The position numbers and the translations under genes were made by a program. Below are positions 36,306 to 49,354 of a DNA stretch of 64,000 nucleotides, in pieces. Source of the DNA: Hypanus sabinus (Eukaryota); contig NC_082706.1 in NCBI RefSeq assembly GCF_030144855.1, positions 57,164,001 to 57,228,000 of the forward strand. Direction: 5' to 3'. A model generated the notes under the pieces. That model saw only the letters and a list, made by a program, of their open reading frames with translations. It did no database searches and was not told the DNA's origin. How positions within the stretch are numbered: position 1 is the first letter of the stretch; every line of letters starts with the position of its first letter.

Positions 36306-37604
36306 AAATCATTCTATTCAATTCAATGTACTAAGATACGGTAAAAAGCATGTCTTCTATAAGTTTGTCAGAGGTTAAAGTACATGGATCCACATGTACA
36401 ATGAGAAACGAACGTACAGCGCAGCATTCAGAAGGAAAACGTCAATAGTACATACAGTACAGAGAGATTCGTAAGAATTACACGATTAGAAGAAAGGGAA
36501 AGTTGATACACTGAGGCAGTGATTAGGGCTGTGTCAGTGGATTGCAGAACTGAAAGGTTGAAGCCTGAATTCCTGAACCTGACATCTTCTGTATCTCTTG
36601 GCCGATGGTACCAGCTAGAAGATGGACTGCACTCTGCCTGGAGGTTGGAGACCAGTGGTGTTTCACGGGGATCTCTTCTGAAAGCTGCTCTCTTTTGTTT
36701 GGAGGAGCAACATCTCATATTGTTTCGGTAGTCTCCAACCTTACAACATCAAGTTCTGCATCTTCTGGTAACCATTTTCCCATCTTCCCTTGTCCCTGTG
36801 GCCCCATAACCTCTTTCGTTTCCCTCCTCCACCTGCGCCCTTCTTCCTCTGGTTCCCCACCCTCTTCCTTCATTCCATGCCTGCTGTCCTCTCCTCTCAC
36901 GTTCCTACTCCTTCACCTCTTTGTCCCTACCACCTGTTTCCTCCCATCAAACCCCNNNNNNNNNNNNNNNNNNNNNNNNNNNNNNNNNNNNNNNNNNNNN
37001 NNNNNNNNNNNNNNNNNNNNNNNNNNNNNNNNNNNNNNNNNNNNNNNNNNNNNNNNNNNNNNNNNNNNNNNNNNNNNNNNNNNNNNNNNNNNNNNNNNNN
37101 NNNNNNNNNNNNNNNNNNNNNNNNNNNNNNNNNNNNNNNNNNNNNNNNNNNNNNNGAACGAATGACACCAAACTCTGGAGTCACTTTTGGAACACTCTGC
37201 CATGGTGCAACAGGACANNNNNNNNNNNNNNNNNNNNNNNNNNNNNNNNNNNNNNNNNNNNNNNNNNNNNNNNNNNNNNNNNNNNNNNNNNNNNNNNNNN
37301 NNNNNNNNNNNNNNNNNNNNNNNNNNNNNNNNNNNNNNNNNNNNNNNNNNNNNNNNNNNNNNNNNNNNNNNNNNNNNNNNNNNNNNNNNNNNNNNNNNNN
37401 NNNNNNNNNNNNNNNNNNNNNNNNNNNNNNNNNNNNNNNNNNNNNNNNNNNNNNNNNNNNNNNNNNNNNNNNNNNNNNNNNNNNNNNNNNNNNNNNNNNN
37501 NNNNNNNNNNNNNNNNNNNNNNNNNNNNNNNNNNNNNNNNNNNNNNNNNNNNNCACAGAGAAACTGATAGGTCTACTTAGCACGAAGAGAGACCAATCAG
37601 GATG

Positions 37605-40600
37605 CTCCCTCTCACTCGCACTCTTTCTCATCCTATTCCTCTCCCTCACCCTCTCCCTCTCCAACTCCCTCACCCTCTCCTTCAACTCCCTCACCCACTC
37701 CCTCTCCAACACCTTCTCCAACTCCCTCACCCTCTCCTTCAACTCCTCACCCACTCCCTCTCCAACTCCCTCCTCTCCTTCTCCAACTCCCTCACCCTCT
37801 CCCTTTCCAACTCCCTCACCCTCTCCCTCTCCAACTCCCTCACCCTCGCTCTCCAACTCCCTCCCGCTCCAACTCCCTCACCCTCTCCCACTCCAACTCC
37901 CTCACCCTCTCCTTTTTCAACACCATCACCCTCTCCTTCTCCAACTACATCACCGTCTCCCTCTCAACTCCCTCACCCTCTCCCTCTCCAACTCCCTCAC
38001 CCTCTCCCTCTCCAACTCCCTCACGCTCTCCTTCTCCATCACCTTCTTCAACTCCCTCACCCACTCCCTCTCCAACTCCCTCACCCTCTCCTTCTCCAAC
38101 TCCCTCACTGTCTCCCTCTCCAACTCCCTCACCCTCTCCTTCTCCATCACCTTCTCCAACTCCCTCACCCTCTCCTTCAACTCCCTCACCCACTCCCTCT
38201 CCAACTCACTCACCCTCTCCTTCAACTCCCTCACCCTCTCCCTCTCCAACTCCCTTACCCTCTCCCTCTCCAACTCCCTCACCCTCTCCCTCTCCAACTC
38301 CCTCATCCTCTTCCTCTCCAACTCCTTCACCCTCTCCTTCTCCAACCCCATCACCCTCTCCTTCTCCAACTCCATCACCCTCTTCCTCTCCAACTCCCTC
38401 ACCCTCTCCCTCTCCAACTCCCTCAACCTCTCCCTCTCCGACTCCATCACCGTCTCCTTTTTCAACTCCCTCACCCTCTCCATCTCCAACTCCCTCACCC
38501 TCTTCCTCTCCAACTCCATCACCCTCTTCCTCTCCAACTCCCTCACCCTCTCCCTCTCCAACTCCCTCAACCTCTCCCTCTCCAACTCCATCACCGTCTA
38601 CTTTTCAACTCCCTCACCCTCTTCCTCTCCAACTCCATCACCCTCTTCCTCTCCAACTCCCTCACCCTTTCCATCTCCAACTCCCTCACCTCTCCCTCTC
38701 CAACTCCCTCACCCTCTCCCTCTCCAACTCCCTCACCCTCTCCTTCTCCAACTCACTCACCGTCTCCTTTTTCAACTCCCTCACCCTCTCCCTCTCCAAC
38801 TCCCTCACCCTCTCACCAACTCGTCACCCTCTACCTCTCCAACTCCCTCACCCTCTCCCAATCCAATTCCCTCACCCTCTTCCTCTCCAACTTCACCCTC
38901 TCCTTCTCCAACCCCTTCACCCTCTCCTTCTCCAACTCCCTCACCCACTTCCTCTCCAATTCCCACACCCTCTCCTTCTCCAACTCCATCACACTCTCCC
39001 TCTCCAACTCCCTCAACCTCTCCCTCTCCGACTCCATCACCGTCTCCTTTTTCAACTCCCTCACCCTCTCCCTCTTCAACTCCATCACCCTCTTCCTCTC
39101 CAACTCCCTCACCCTCTCCATCTCCAACTCCCTCACCCTCTTCCTCTCCAACTCCATCACCCTCTTCCTCTCCAACTCCCTCACCCTCTCCCTCACCAAC
39201 TCCCTCACCCTCTCCTTCTCCAACTCACTCACCGTCTCCTTTTTCAACTCCCTCACCCTCTCCCTCTCCAACTCCCTCACCTCTCCTTCTCCAACTCACC
39301 GTCTCCTTTTTCAACTCCCTCACCCTCTCCCTCTCCAACTCCCTCACCCACTCCTTCTCCAACTCACTCACCGTCTCCTTTTCAACTCCCTCACCCTCTC
39401 CCTCTCCAACTCCCTCACCCCTCTCACCAACTCGTCACCCTCTACCTCTCCAACTCCCTCACCCTCTCCCAATCCAACTCCCTCACCCTCTCCCTCTCCA
39501 ACTCCCTCAACCTCTCCCTCTCCGACTCCATCACCGTCTCCTTTTTCAACTCCCTCACCCTCTCCATCTCCAACTCCCTCACCCCCTTCCTCTCCAACTC
39601 CATCACCCTCTTCCTCTCCAACTCCCTCACCCTCTCCCTCTCCAACTCCCTCAACCTCTCCCTCTCCAACTCCATCACCGTCTCCTTTTTCAACTCCCTC
39701 ACCCTCTTCCTCTCCAACTCCATCACCCTCTTCCTCTCCAACTCCCTCACCCTTTCCATCTCCAACTCCCTCACCCTCTCCTCTCCAACTCCCTCACCCT
39801 CTCCCTCTCCAACTCCTCACCCTCTCCTTCTCCAACTCACTCACCGTCTCCTTTTTCAACTCCCTCACCCTCTCCCTCTCCAACTCCCTCACCCTCTCAC
39901 CAACTCGTCACCCTCTACCTCTCCAACTCCCTCACCCTCTCCCAATCCAATTCCCTCACCCTCTTCCTCTCCACTTCACCCTCTCCTTCTCCAACCCCAT
40001 CACCCTCTCCTTCTCCAACTCCCTCACCCACTTCCTCTCCAATTCCCACACCCTCTCCTTCTCCAACTCCATCACACTCTCCCTCTTCAACTCCCTCAAC
40101 CTCTCCCTCTCCGACTCCATCACCGTCTCCTTTTTCAACTCCCTCACCCTCTCCCTCTTCAACTCCATCACCCTCTTCCTCTCCAACTCCCTCACCCTCT
40201 CCATCTCCAACTCCCTCACCCTCTTCCTCTCCAACTCCATCACCCTCTTCCTCTCCAACTCCCTCACCCTCTCCCTCACCAACTCCCTCACCCTCTCCTT
40301 CTCCAACTCACTCACCGTCTCCTTTTTCAACTCCCTCACCCTCTCCCTCTCCAACTCCCTCACCCTCTCCTTCTCCAACTCACCGTCTCCTTTTTCAACT
40401 CCCTCACCCTCTCCCTCTCCAACTCCCTCACCCACTCCTTCTCCAACTCACTCACCGTCTCCTTTTTCAACTCCCTCACCCTCTCCCTCTCCAACTCCCT
40501 CACCCTCTCACCAACTCGTCACCCTCTACCTCTCCAACTCCCTCACCCTCTCCCAATCCAACTCCCTCACCCTCTTCCTCTCCAACTCCCACACCCTCTC

Positions 40601-41600
40601 CTTCTCCAACTTCCTCAACCTCTCCCTCTCCAACTCCATCACCATCTCCTTTTTCAACTCCCTCACCCTCTCCGTCTCCAACTCCCTCACTCTCTTCCTC
40701 TCCAACTCCCTCACCCTCTGCCTCTCCAACTCCATCAACCTCTTCCTCTCCAACTCCCTCACCCTCTCCATCTCCAACTCCTTCACCCTCTCCCTCTCTA
40801 ACTCCCTCTCCATCTCCAACTCCCTCACCCTCTCCGTCTCCAACTCCCTTACCCTCTCCCTCTCCAACTCCCTCACCCTCTCCTTCTCCAACTCCCTCAG
40901 CCTCTCCTTCTCCAGCTCACTCACCCTCTTCCTCTCCAACTCCCTCACCCTCTCCCTCTCCAACTCCATCAACCTCTTCCTCTCCAACTCCCTCACCTTC
41001 TCCTTCTCCAACTCCATCACCCTCTTCCTCTCCAACTCCATCACCCTCTCCTTCTCCAGTTCACTCACCTTCTTCCTCTCCAACTCCCTCACCCTCTCCC
41101 TCTCCAACTCCCTCACACTCTCCCTCTCCCTCCATCAACCTCTTCCTCTCCAACTCCCTCACCCTCTCCTTCTCCAACTCCACCCTCTTCCTCTCCAACT
41201 CCCTCACCTCTCCTTCTCCAACTCCCTCACCCTCTCCCGCTCCAACTCCCTCACCCTCTTCCTCTCCAATTCACTCACCCTCTCCTTCTCCAACTCCCTC
41301 ACCCTCTCCCTCTCCAACTCCCTTACCCTCTCCCTCTCCGTCTCCAACTCCCTCACCCTCTCCTCCAACTCCCTCACCCTTTTCCTCTCCAACTCCCTTA
41401 CAATCTCCCTCTCCATCTCCATCACCCTCTCCCTCTCCAACTCCCTCACCCTCTCCCTCTCCAACTCCATCACCCTCTCCTCTGCAATTCCTTCACTCCC
41501 TCTCCAACTCCCTTACCCTCTTCCTCTCCAACTCGCTCACCCTCTCCCTCTCCAACTCCTTCACCCTCTCCCTCTCCAACTCCCTCAACCTCTCCCTCTC
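37605..41600. repeat. 24-bp pyrimidine-rich minisatellite, about 4 kb
   Basis: Unit ctccaactccctcaccctctccct; plus strand almost free of G. Confidence 0.95.
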
Positions 41601-41699
41601 AAAAAATCGATTTCCAGGATACTGTATAGAAGTTGCGGGTATCAGGGAGCCGCGATCAATATGCAGAAGGCTCCCGGAAGTTCCGGGAGAGGTGGGATG

Positions 41700-44300
41700 T
41701 CTGTTATAGGGAACGCTGGATACAGGGCCCAGTGTGTTATAGGGACACGGGAATCAGGGCCCAGTGTGTTATAGGGACACGGGAATCAGGGCCCAGTGTG
41801 TTATAGGGACACGGGAAACAGGGCCCAGTGTGTTATAGGGACATGGAATCAGGGCCCAGTGTGTTATAGGGACACGGGAATCAGGGTCCAGTGTGTTATA
41901 GGGACACGGGAATCAGGGCCCAGTGTGTTATAGGGACACGGGAATCAGGGTCCAGTGTGTTATCGGCACACGGGAATCAGGGCCCAGAGTGTTATAGGGA
42001 CACGGGAATCAGGGCCCAGTGTGTTATAGGGAGACAGGAATCAGGGCCCAGTGTGTTATAGGGACACGGGAATCAGGGTCCAGTGTGTTATAGGGGCACG
42101 GGAATCAGGGCCCAGTGTGTTATAGGGACACGGAATCAGGGCCCAGTGTGTTATAGGGACACGGTAATCAGGGTCCAGTGTGTTATCGGCACACGGGAAT
42201 CAGGGCCCAGAGTGTTATAGGGGAGACAGGAATCAGGGCCCAGTGTGTTATAGGGAGACAGGAATCAGGCCCAGTGTGTTATAGGGACACGGGAATCAGG
42301 GTCCAGTGTGTTATAGGGACACGGGAATCAGGGCCCAGTGTGTTATAGGGACACGGGAATCAGGGTCCAGTGTGTTATAGGGAGACAGGAATTAGGGCCC
42401 AGTGTGTTATAGGCACATGGGAATCAGGGTCCAGTGTGTTAAAGGCACATGGGAATCAGGGCCCAGTGTGTTATTGGGAGACGGGAATCAGGGCCCAGTG
42501 TGTTATAGGCACATGGGAATCAGGGCCCAGTGTGTAATAGGCACACGGGAATCAGGGGTCCAGTGTGTTATACGCACACGGGAATCAGGGCCCAGAGTGT
42601 TATAGGGAGACAGGAATCAGGGCCCAGTGTGTTATAGGCACACGGGAATCAGGGCCCAGTGTGTTATAGGGACACGGGAATCAGGGCCCAGTGTGTTATA
42701 GGGAGACGGGAATCAGGGCCCAGTGTGTTATAGGCCCACGGGAATCAGGGCCCAGTGTGTTATAGGGACACGGGAATCAGGGCCCAGTGTGTTATAGGGA
42801 CACGGGAATCAGGGCCCAGTGTGTTATAGGGACACGGGAATCAGGGCCCAGTGTGTTATAGGGACACGGGAATCAGGGCCCAGTGTGTTATAGGGACACG
42901 GGAATCAGGGCCCAGTGTGTTATAGGGAACGCTGGATACAGGGCCCAGTGTGTTATAGGGACACGGGAATCAGGGCCCAGTGTGTTATAGGGACACGGGA
43001 ATCAGGGTCCAGTGTGTTATAGGGACACGGGAATCAGGGCCCAGTGTGTTATAGGGAACGCTGGATACAGGGCCCAGTGTGTTATAGGGACACGGGAGTC
43101 AGGGCCCAGTGTGTTATAGGGACACGGGAATCAGGGTCCAGTGTGTTATAGGGACACGGGAATCAGGGTCCAGTGTGTTATAGGGAGACGGGAATCAGGG
43201 CCCAGTGTGTTATAGGCCCACGGGAATCAGGGCCCAGTGTGTTATAGGCCCACGGGAATCAGGGCCCAGTGTGTTATAGGGACACGGGAATCAGGGCCCA
43301 GTGTGTTATAGGGACACGGGAGTCAGGGCCCAGTGTGTTATAGGGACACGGGAATCAGGGCCCAGTGTGTTATAGGCACACGGGAATCAGGGCCCAGTGT
43401 GTTATAGGGACACGGGAATCAGGGCCCAGTGTGTTATAGGGACACGGGAATCAGGGCCCAGTGTGTTATAGGGACACGGGAATCAGGGCCCAGTGTGTTA
43501 TAGGGACACGGGAATCAGGGTCCAGTGTGTTATAGGGACACGGGAATCAGGGCCCAGAGTGTTATAGGGACACGGGAATCAGGGCCCAGTGTGTTATAGG
43601 GAGACAGGAATCAGGGCCCAGTGTGTTATAGGGACACGGGAATCAGGGTCCAGTGTGTTATAGGGGCACGGGAATCAGGGCCCAGTGTGTTATAGGGGCA
43701 CGGGGATCAGGGCCCAGTGTGTTATAGGGACACGGGAATCAGGGCCCAGTGTGTTATAGGGACACGGGAATCAGGGTCCAGTGTGTTATAGGGAGACAGG
43801 AATTAGGGCCCAGTGTGTTATAGGCACATGGGAATCAGGGTCCAGTGTGTTATCGGCACACGGGAATCAGGGCCCAGAGTGTTATAGGGAGACAGGAATC
43901 AGGGCCCAGTGTGTTATAGGGAGACAGGAATCAGGGCCCAGTGTGTTATAGGGACACGGGAATCAGGGTCCAGTGTGTTATAGGGACACGGGAATCAGGG
44001 CCCAGTGTGTTATAGGGACACGGGAATCAGGGTCCAGTGTGTTATAGGGAGACAGGAATTAGGGCCCAGTGTGTTATAGGCACATGGGAATCAGGGTCCA
44101 GTGTGTTATAGGCACATGGGAATCAGGGCCCAGTGTGTTATTGGGAGACGGGAATCAGGGCCCAGTGTGTTATAGGCACATGGGAATCAGGGCCCAGTGT
44201 GTAATAGGCACACGGGAATCAGGGTCCAGTGTGTTATACGCACACGGGAATCAGGGCCCAGAGTGTTATAGGGACACGGGAATCAGGGCCCAGTGTGTTA
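41700..44300. repeat. 32-bp minisatellite A
   Basis: Unit gggacacgggaatcagggcccagtgtgttata. Confidence 0.95.
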
Positions 44301-45610
44301 TCGGGATCAAGGTAATGTGGCCCAGTGTGCAAAAGGGTTCAAGTTAATAGTGCCCAGTGTACCATAGTGATCAATGTAATGGGGCCCAGTGTACCATAGG
44401 GATCAAGGTAATGGGGCCCAGTGTACCATAGGGATCAAGGTAATGGGGCCCAGTGTACCATAGGGATCAAGGTAATGGGGCCCAGTGTACCATAGGGATC
44501 AAGGTAATGGGGCCCAGTGTACCATAGGGATCAAGGTAATGGGGCCCAGTGTACCATAGGGATCAAGGTAATGTGGCCCAGTGTACCATAGGGATCAAGG
44601 TAATGGGGCCCACTGTACCATAGGGATCAAGGTAATGGGGCCCAGTGTACCATAGGGATCAAGGTAATGGGGCCCAGTGTACCATAGGGATCAAGGTAAT
44701 GGGGCCCAGTGTACCAGAGGGATCAAGGTAATGGGGCCCAGTGTACCATTGTGATTAAAGAAATGGGACCAGTGTGTGATAGGGATCAAGGTAATGGGGT
44801 CCAGTGTGTTATCAGGATCAAGGTAATGGGGTCCAGTGTGTTATCAGGATTAAGGTAATGGGGCCCAGTGTGTTATCAGGATCAAGGTAATGGGGTCCAG
44901 TTTGTTACCAAGATCAAGGTATGGGGCCCAGTGTGTTGTCGGTACCATTGTAATGAGCCCCAGTGTGTTATAGGGATGAAGGTCGTTGGGCCAGTGTGCT
45001 TTCGTGATCAAGGTAATAGGGCCCAGTGTGATATCGGAATCAATGTAATGGGGCCTGGTTTTTATTGGGATCAGAGTAATGGGGCCCATTGTGTTATTAG
45101 GATCAAGGTAATGGGGTCCTTAGTGTTATTGGGATCAAGGTAATGGGGCCCAGTGCGTTATTGGGATCGAGGTAATGGGGAATTTTGTGGTATCAAGATC
45201 AAGATAATAGGGCCTACATGTTATCGGTAGCAAGGTTATGGGTCCAGTGTGTTTCTGGAATCAAGGCAATGGGGTCGACTGTGTTATTGGGATGAAGGTA
45301 ATGGGGCCGTGTTTTATAGGGATTAAGGTAATGTGGCCCAATGTGTTATCGGGCTGGAAGTAATTGGACCAGTGTGTTCTCAGGATCAAGGTAATGTGGC
45401 CAGTCTTTCATTGCATCAAGATACTGGGACCCAGTGTGTTATATTGAACATGGGTACAATGTCCCAGTGCTTTATAAGGATCAAGAGCCGTTGGCCCCAG
45501 TGTGTTATATTGAACATGGGTACAATGTCCCAGTGCTTTATAAGGATCAAGAGCCGTTGGCCCCAGTGTGTTATATTGAACATGGGTACAATGACCCAGT
45601 GTGTTATAAG
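44300..45610. repeat. 32-bp minisatellite B, decaying rightward and ending in a 66-bp dimer
   Basis: Unit gggatcaaggtaatggggcccagtgtaccata; 66-bp unit repeated at about 45428-45610. Confidence 0.9.
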
Positions 45611-45976
45611 GATCATAGGAGCTTCGTTCGCACTCTTTGTGAGGGAGCCTGGGGACTATAGTGCCATGCTGTAGGAGTGTGAGGTGTGTTGAATGTCAGA
45701 GTATTTAACAGATATTGAAGGGTATCTCAGGTGGGATCAATTATATGCTCCAGGGGGATGTTTAGTAATGGGTGGAGTAGTGCTGTGTGCAGATGGTGAG
45801 AGGCTATCAGAAGAGGAATTCCAGATCTCTAGACCTAGACTGAAGGCATTGCCTCCAATGGCAGAACAGTAATATTCAGGTGATTGCTCAGAAGCTGGGA
45901 TTGAGGAGAAAAGAGGGTCTTGGTACTGGAGATCTGGTAAATGGGGATATTTACTGTCTTCCGAACTAACACTCAC

Positions 45977-46094
45977 CTGTTAGTTCTACGTCGGGACTGA
46001 AGAACGAACCAAGTCAGCGTCACCAAGATGAACAGGGATACAACTACTCCTGCCGCGGCCAGTGAGACAACCAGTGTTTCCACTGTTGGAGGAG
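45977..46094 (-). CDS. Transmembrane exon of the Siglec-like gene: (S)PPTVETLVVSLAAAGVVVSLFILVTLTWFVLQSRRRTN(R)
   Basis: Acceptor ttctctcattcttag|CT (phase 1), donor AG|GTGAGT (phase 2); hydrophobic span followed by an RRR stop-transfer signal. Not in the ORF track because it is short. Confidence 0.85.
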
Positions 46095-46229
46095 CTAAGA
46101 ATGAGAGAACAATTACTTATGGCAATTCCCTTGTGTGCTCAATGTGAGGGAATTCTCAACTATGTGACGGCCAGTGCCAAGGAAGTGCTGCAGTGGGACG
46201 AGCGGTGCAGAGACGACTGCATGATGTAA

Positions 46230-47540
46230 GGCGGCAGCACTGGGGCAGTTCTACACAGTGAGAGCTGCAGTACCAGTGGGGTACAGCACTGTAGCACTGG
46301 GGCAGTTCTGCACAGTGAGAGTATCAGTACCAGTGGGGTACAGCACTGTAGAACTGGGGCAGCTCTGCACAGTGAGAGTATCAGTACCAGTAGGGTACAG
46401 CACTGTAGCACTGGGGCAGTTCTACACAGTGAGAGTATCAGTACCAGTGGGGTACAGCACTGTAGCACTGGGGCAGCTCTACACAGTGAGAGTATCAGTA
46501 CCAGTGGGGTACAGTACTGTAGCACTGGGGCAGCTCTACACAGTGAGAGTATCAGTACCAGTGGGGTACAGTACTGTAGCACTGGGGCAGTTCTGCACAG
46601 TGAGAGTGGCAGTACCAGTGGGGTACAGCACTGTAGCACTGGGGCAGCTCTGCACAGTGAGAGCAGCAGTACCAGTAGGGTACAGCACTGTAGAACTGGG
46701 GCAGTTCTACACAGTGAGAGTATCAGTACCAGTGGGGTACAGCACTGTAGCACTGGGGCAGCTCTGCACAGTGAGAATATCAGTACCAGTGGGGTACAGC
46801 ACTGTAGCACTGGGGCAGCTCTACACAGTGAGAGTGGCAGTACCAGTGGGGTACAGTACTGTAGCACTGGGGCAGTTCTGCACAGTGAGAGCAGCAGTAC
46901 CAGTGGGGTACAGCATTGTAGAACTGGGGCAGCTCTGCACAGTGAGAGTATCAGTACCAGTAGGGTACAGCACTGTAGCACTGGGGCAGTTCTACACAGT
47001 GAGAGTATCAGTACCAGTGGGGTACAGCACTGTAGCACTGGGGCAGCTCTGCACAGTGAGAATATCAGTACCAGTGGGGTACAGCACTGTAGCACTGGGG
47101 CAGCTCTGCACAGTGAGAATATCAGTACCAGTGGGGTACAGCACTGTAGCACTGGGGCAGCTCTGCACAGTGAGAATATCAGTACCAGTGGGGTACAGCA
47201 CTGTAGCACTGGGGCAGCTCTACACAGTGAGAGTGGCAGTACCAGTGGGCTACAGTACTGTAGCACTGGGGCAGTTCTGCACACTGAGAGCAGCAGTACC
47301 AGTAGGGTACAGCATTGTAGAACTGGGGCAGCTCTGCACAGTGAGAGTATCAGTACCAGTAGGGTACAGCACTGTAGCACTGGGGCAGTTCTACACAGTG
47401 AGAGCAGCTCTGCACAGTGAGAGCTGCAGTACCAGTGGGGTACAGCACTGTAGTACAGGGGCAGCTCTGCACAGTGAGAGCTGTGGTACCAGTGGGGTAC
47501 AACACTGTAGCACTGGGGCAGCTCTGCACAGTGAGATCGG
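46230..47540. repeat. 57-bp minisatellite A
   Basis: Unit ctgcacagtgagagtatcagtaccagtggggtacagcactgtagcactggggcagct. Confidence 0.95.
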
Positions 47541-47559
47541 CAGTGCCTGTAGAGTACAA

Positions 47560-48085
47560 CAGGTAGTATAAAACCATATTTCAATTACTGCACAGAAACA
47601 GGCCATCTCAGCCCTTCTAGTCTGTGTCGAACGCTTATTCTCACCTAGTCCCATCGACCCGCACTCAGCTCATATCCCTCCATTCCTTTCCTGTCCATAT
47701 ACCTATCCAATTTTACTTTAAATGACAATACCGAACCTGCCTCTACCACTTCTACTGAAAGCTCATTCCACACAGCTACCACTCTCTGAGTAAAGAAATA
47801 CCCTCTTGTGTTACCCCTAAACTTTTGCCGCCTAACTCTCAAATCATGTTGCCTTGTTTGAATCTCTCCTACTCTCTATGGAAGAAACCTATCCACTCCA
47901 ACTCTATCTATCCCCCTCATAATTTGAAATACCTCTATCAAGTCCCCCCTCAACATTCTGCACTCCAAAGAATAAAGACCTAACTTGTTCAAACTTTCCC
48001 TGTAACTTAGAAGCTGAAACCCAGGTAACATTCTAGTAAATCTTCTCTGTTCTGTCTCTATTTTGTTAACATCTTTCCCATAATT
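47560..48085 (-). mobile_element. CR1 LINE 3' fragment
   Basis: KFRGNTRGYFFTQRVVAVWNEL...FKVKLDRYMD. Confidence 0.85.
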
Positions 48086-48089
48086 CAGT

Positions 48090-49345
48090 TTACATCTGAA
48101 CTGGGAAGGGGGGGGACAAATACTCTTGCAGGTAGGTTTGCTAGAGAGGCTCCAGTGGATTTAAACAAGATACAAGGAGAAAGGGAAGCAGAGTGTAGGA
48201 ACAGATGTATGGGAGAAGGAAGAAAAAGAAGACAGTAATGTTGTTTGCAGCGTTACGGATAAACAGAGAGGAAGAGGTGACGAATTTCTTAAATGCATTT
48301 ATTTTATTGCTAGGAGCATTGTAAGAAAGGTGGATGAGCTTAGAGCATGGATTGATACCTGGAAATATGGTGTTGTAGCTATTAGTGAAACATGGTTGCA
48401 GGAGGGGTGTGATTGGCAACCTACTATTCCTGGACTTCATTGCTTCAGGTGTGATAGAATCGGAGGGACAAGAGGGGGAGGTGTTGCGTTGCTTGTCAGA
48501 GAAAATATTACAGCGGTGCTCTGGCAGGATAGATTAGAGGGCTCATCTAGGAAGGAAATTTGGGTGGAATTGAGGAATGGGAAAGGCGTAGTAACACATA
48601 TAGGGGTATATTATAGACCAACTAATGGGGAGTGAGAATTGGAGGAGCAAATTTCTAAGGAGAAAGCAGATATCTGTAGTCAGCAGAAGGTTGTGATTGT
48701 GGGAGATTGTAATTTTTTCCATTCTGTAAAAGGGCTGGATGGTTTAGAGTTTGTAAAATGTGTGCAGGATTGTCTTTTGCAGTACCAACTAGAGAAGGGG
48801 CAGTGTTGGATCTCCTGTTAGGGAATGCGATAGGTCAGGTGACAGAGGTATGTGTTGGGGAGCACTTCGGGTCCAGTGATCACAATGCCATTAGTTTCAA
48901 TATAAATACAGAGAAGGGTAGGACTGGACTAAGGGTTCAGATTTTTGATTGGAGAAAGGCTAACTTTGAGGAGATGCGAAAGGATTTAGAAGGAGTGGAT
49001 TGGGACAATTTGTTTTATGGGAAGGATGTAATAGAGAAATGAAGGTCATTTAAAGGTGAAATTTTGAGGGTACAGAATCTTCATGTTCCTGTTAGGTTGA
49101 AAGGAAAGGTTAAAAGTTTGAGAGAGCCATGGTTTTCAAGGGATATTGGAAACCTGGTTCAGAAAAAGAGAGAGATCTACGACAAATATAGGCAGCATGG
49201 AGTAAATGAGATGCTCGATGTAAAATGTAAAAAGAATCTTTAGAAAGAAATTAGAAAAGTTAAAATAAGATATGAGGTTGCTTTGGCAAGTAAGGTGAAA
49301 ATAAATCCAAAGGGTTTCTACAGTAAGGTGAAAAGTGGTACGAAT
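48090..49345 (+). mobile_element. CR1 LINE ORF2 endonuclease region, degraded
   Basis: VAISETWL, GGGVALLV, IWVEL, GVYYRP, IVGDCN, SSDHNAISF. Confidence 0.88.
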
Positions 49346-49354
49346 AGAGGTACA

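Noticed and set aside
36790-41774. Very long ORFs (1639 and 1390 aa) resembling extensin or mucin
   Set aside because: Produced by the stop-free 24-bp repeat; they cross N gaps, several frames are open at once, and there is no splice or domain support.
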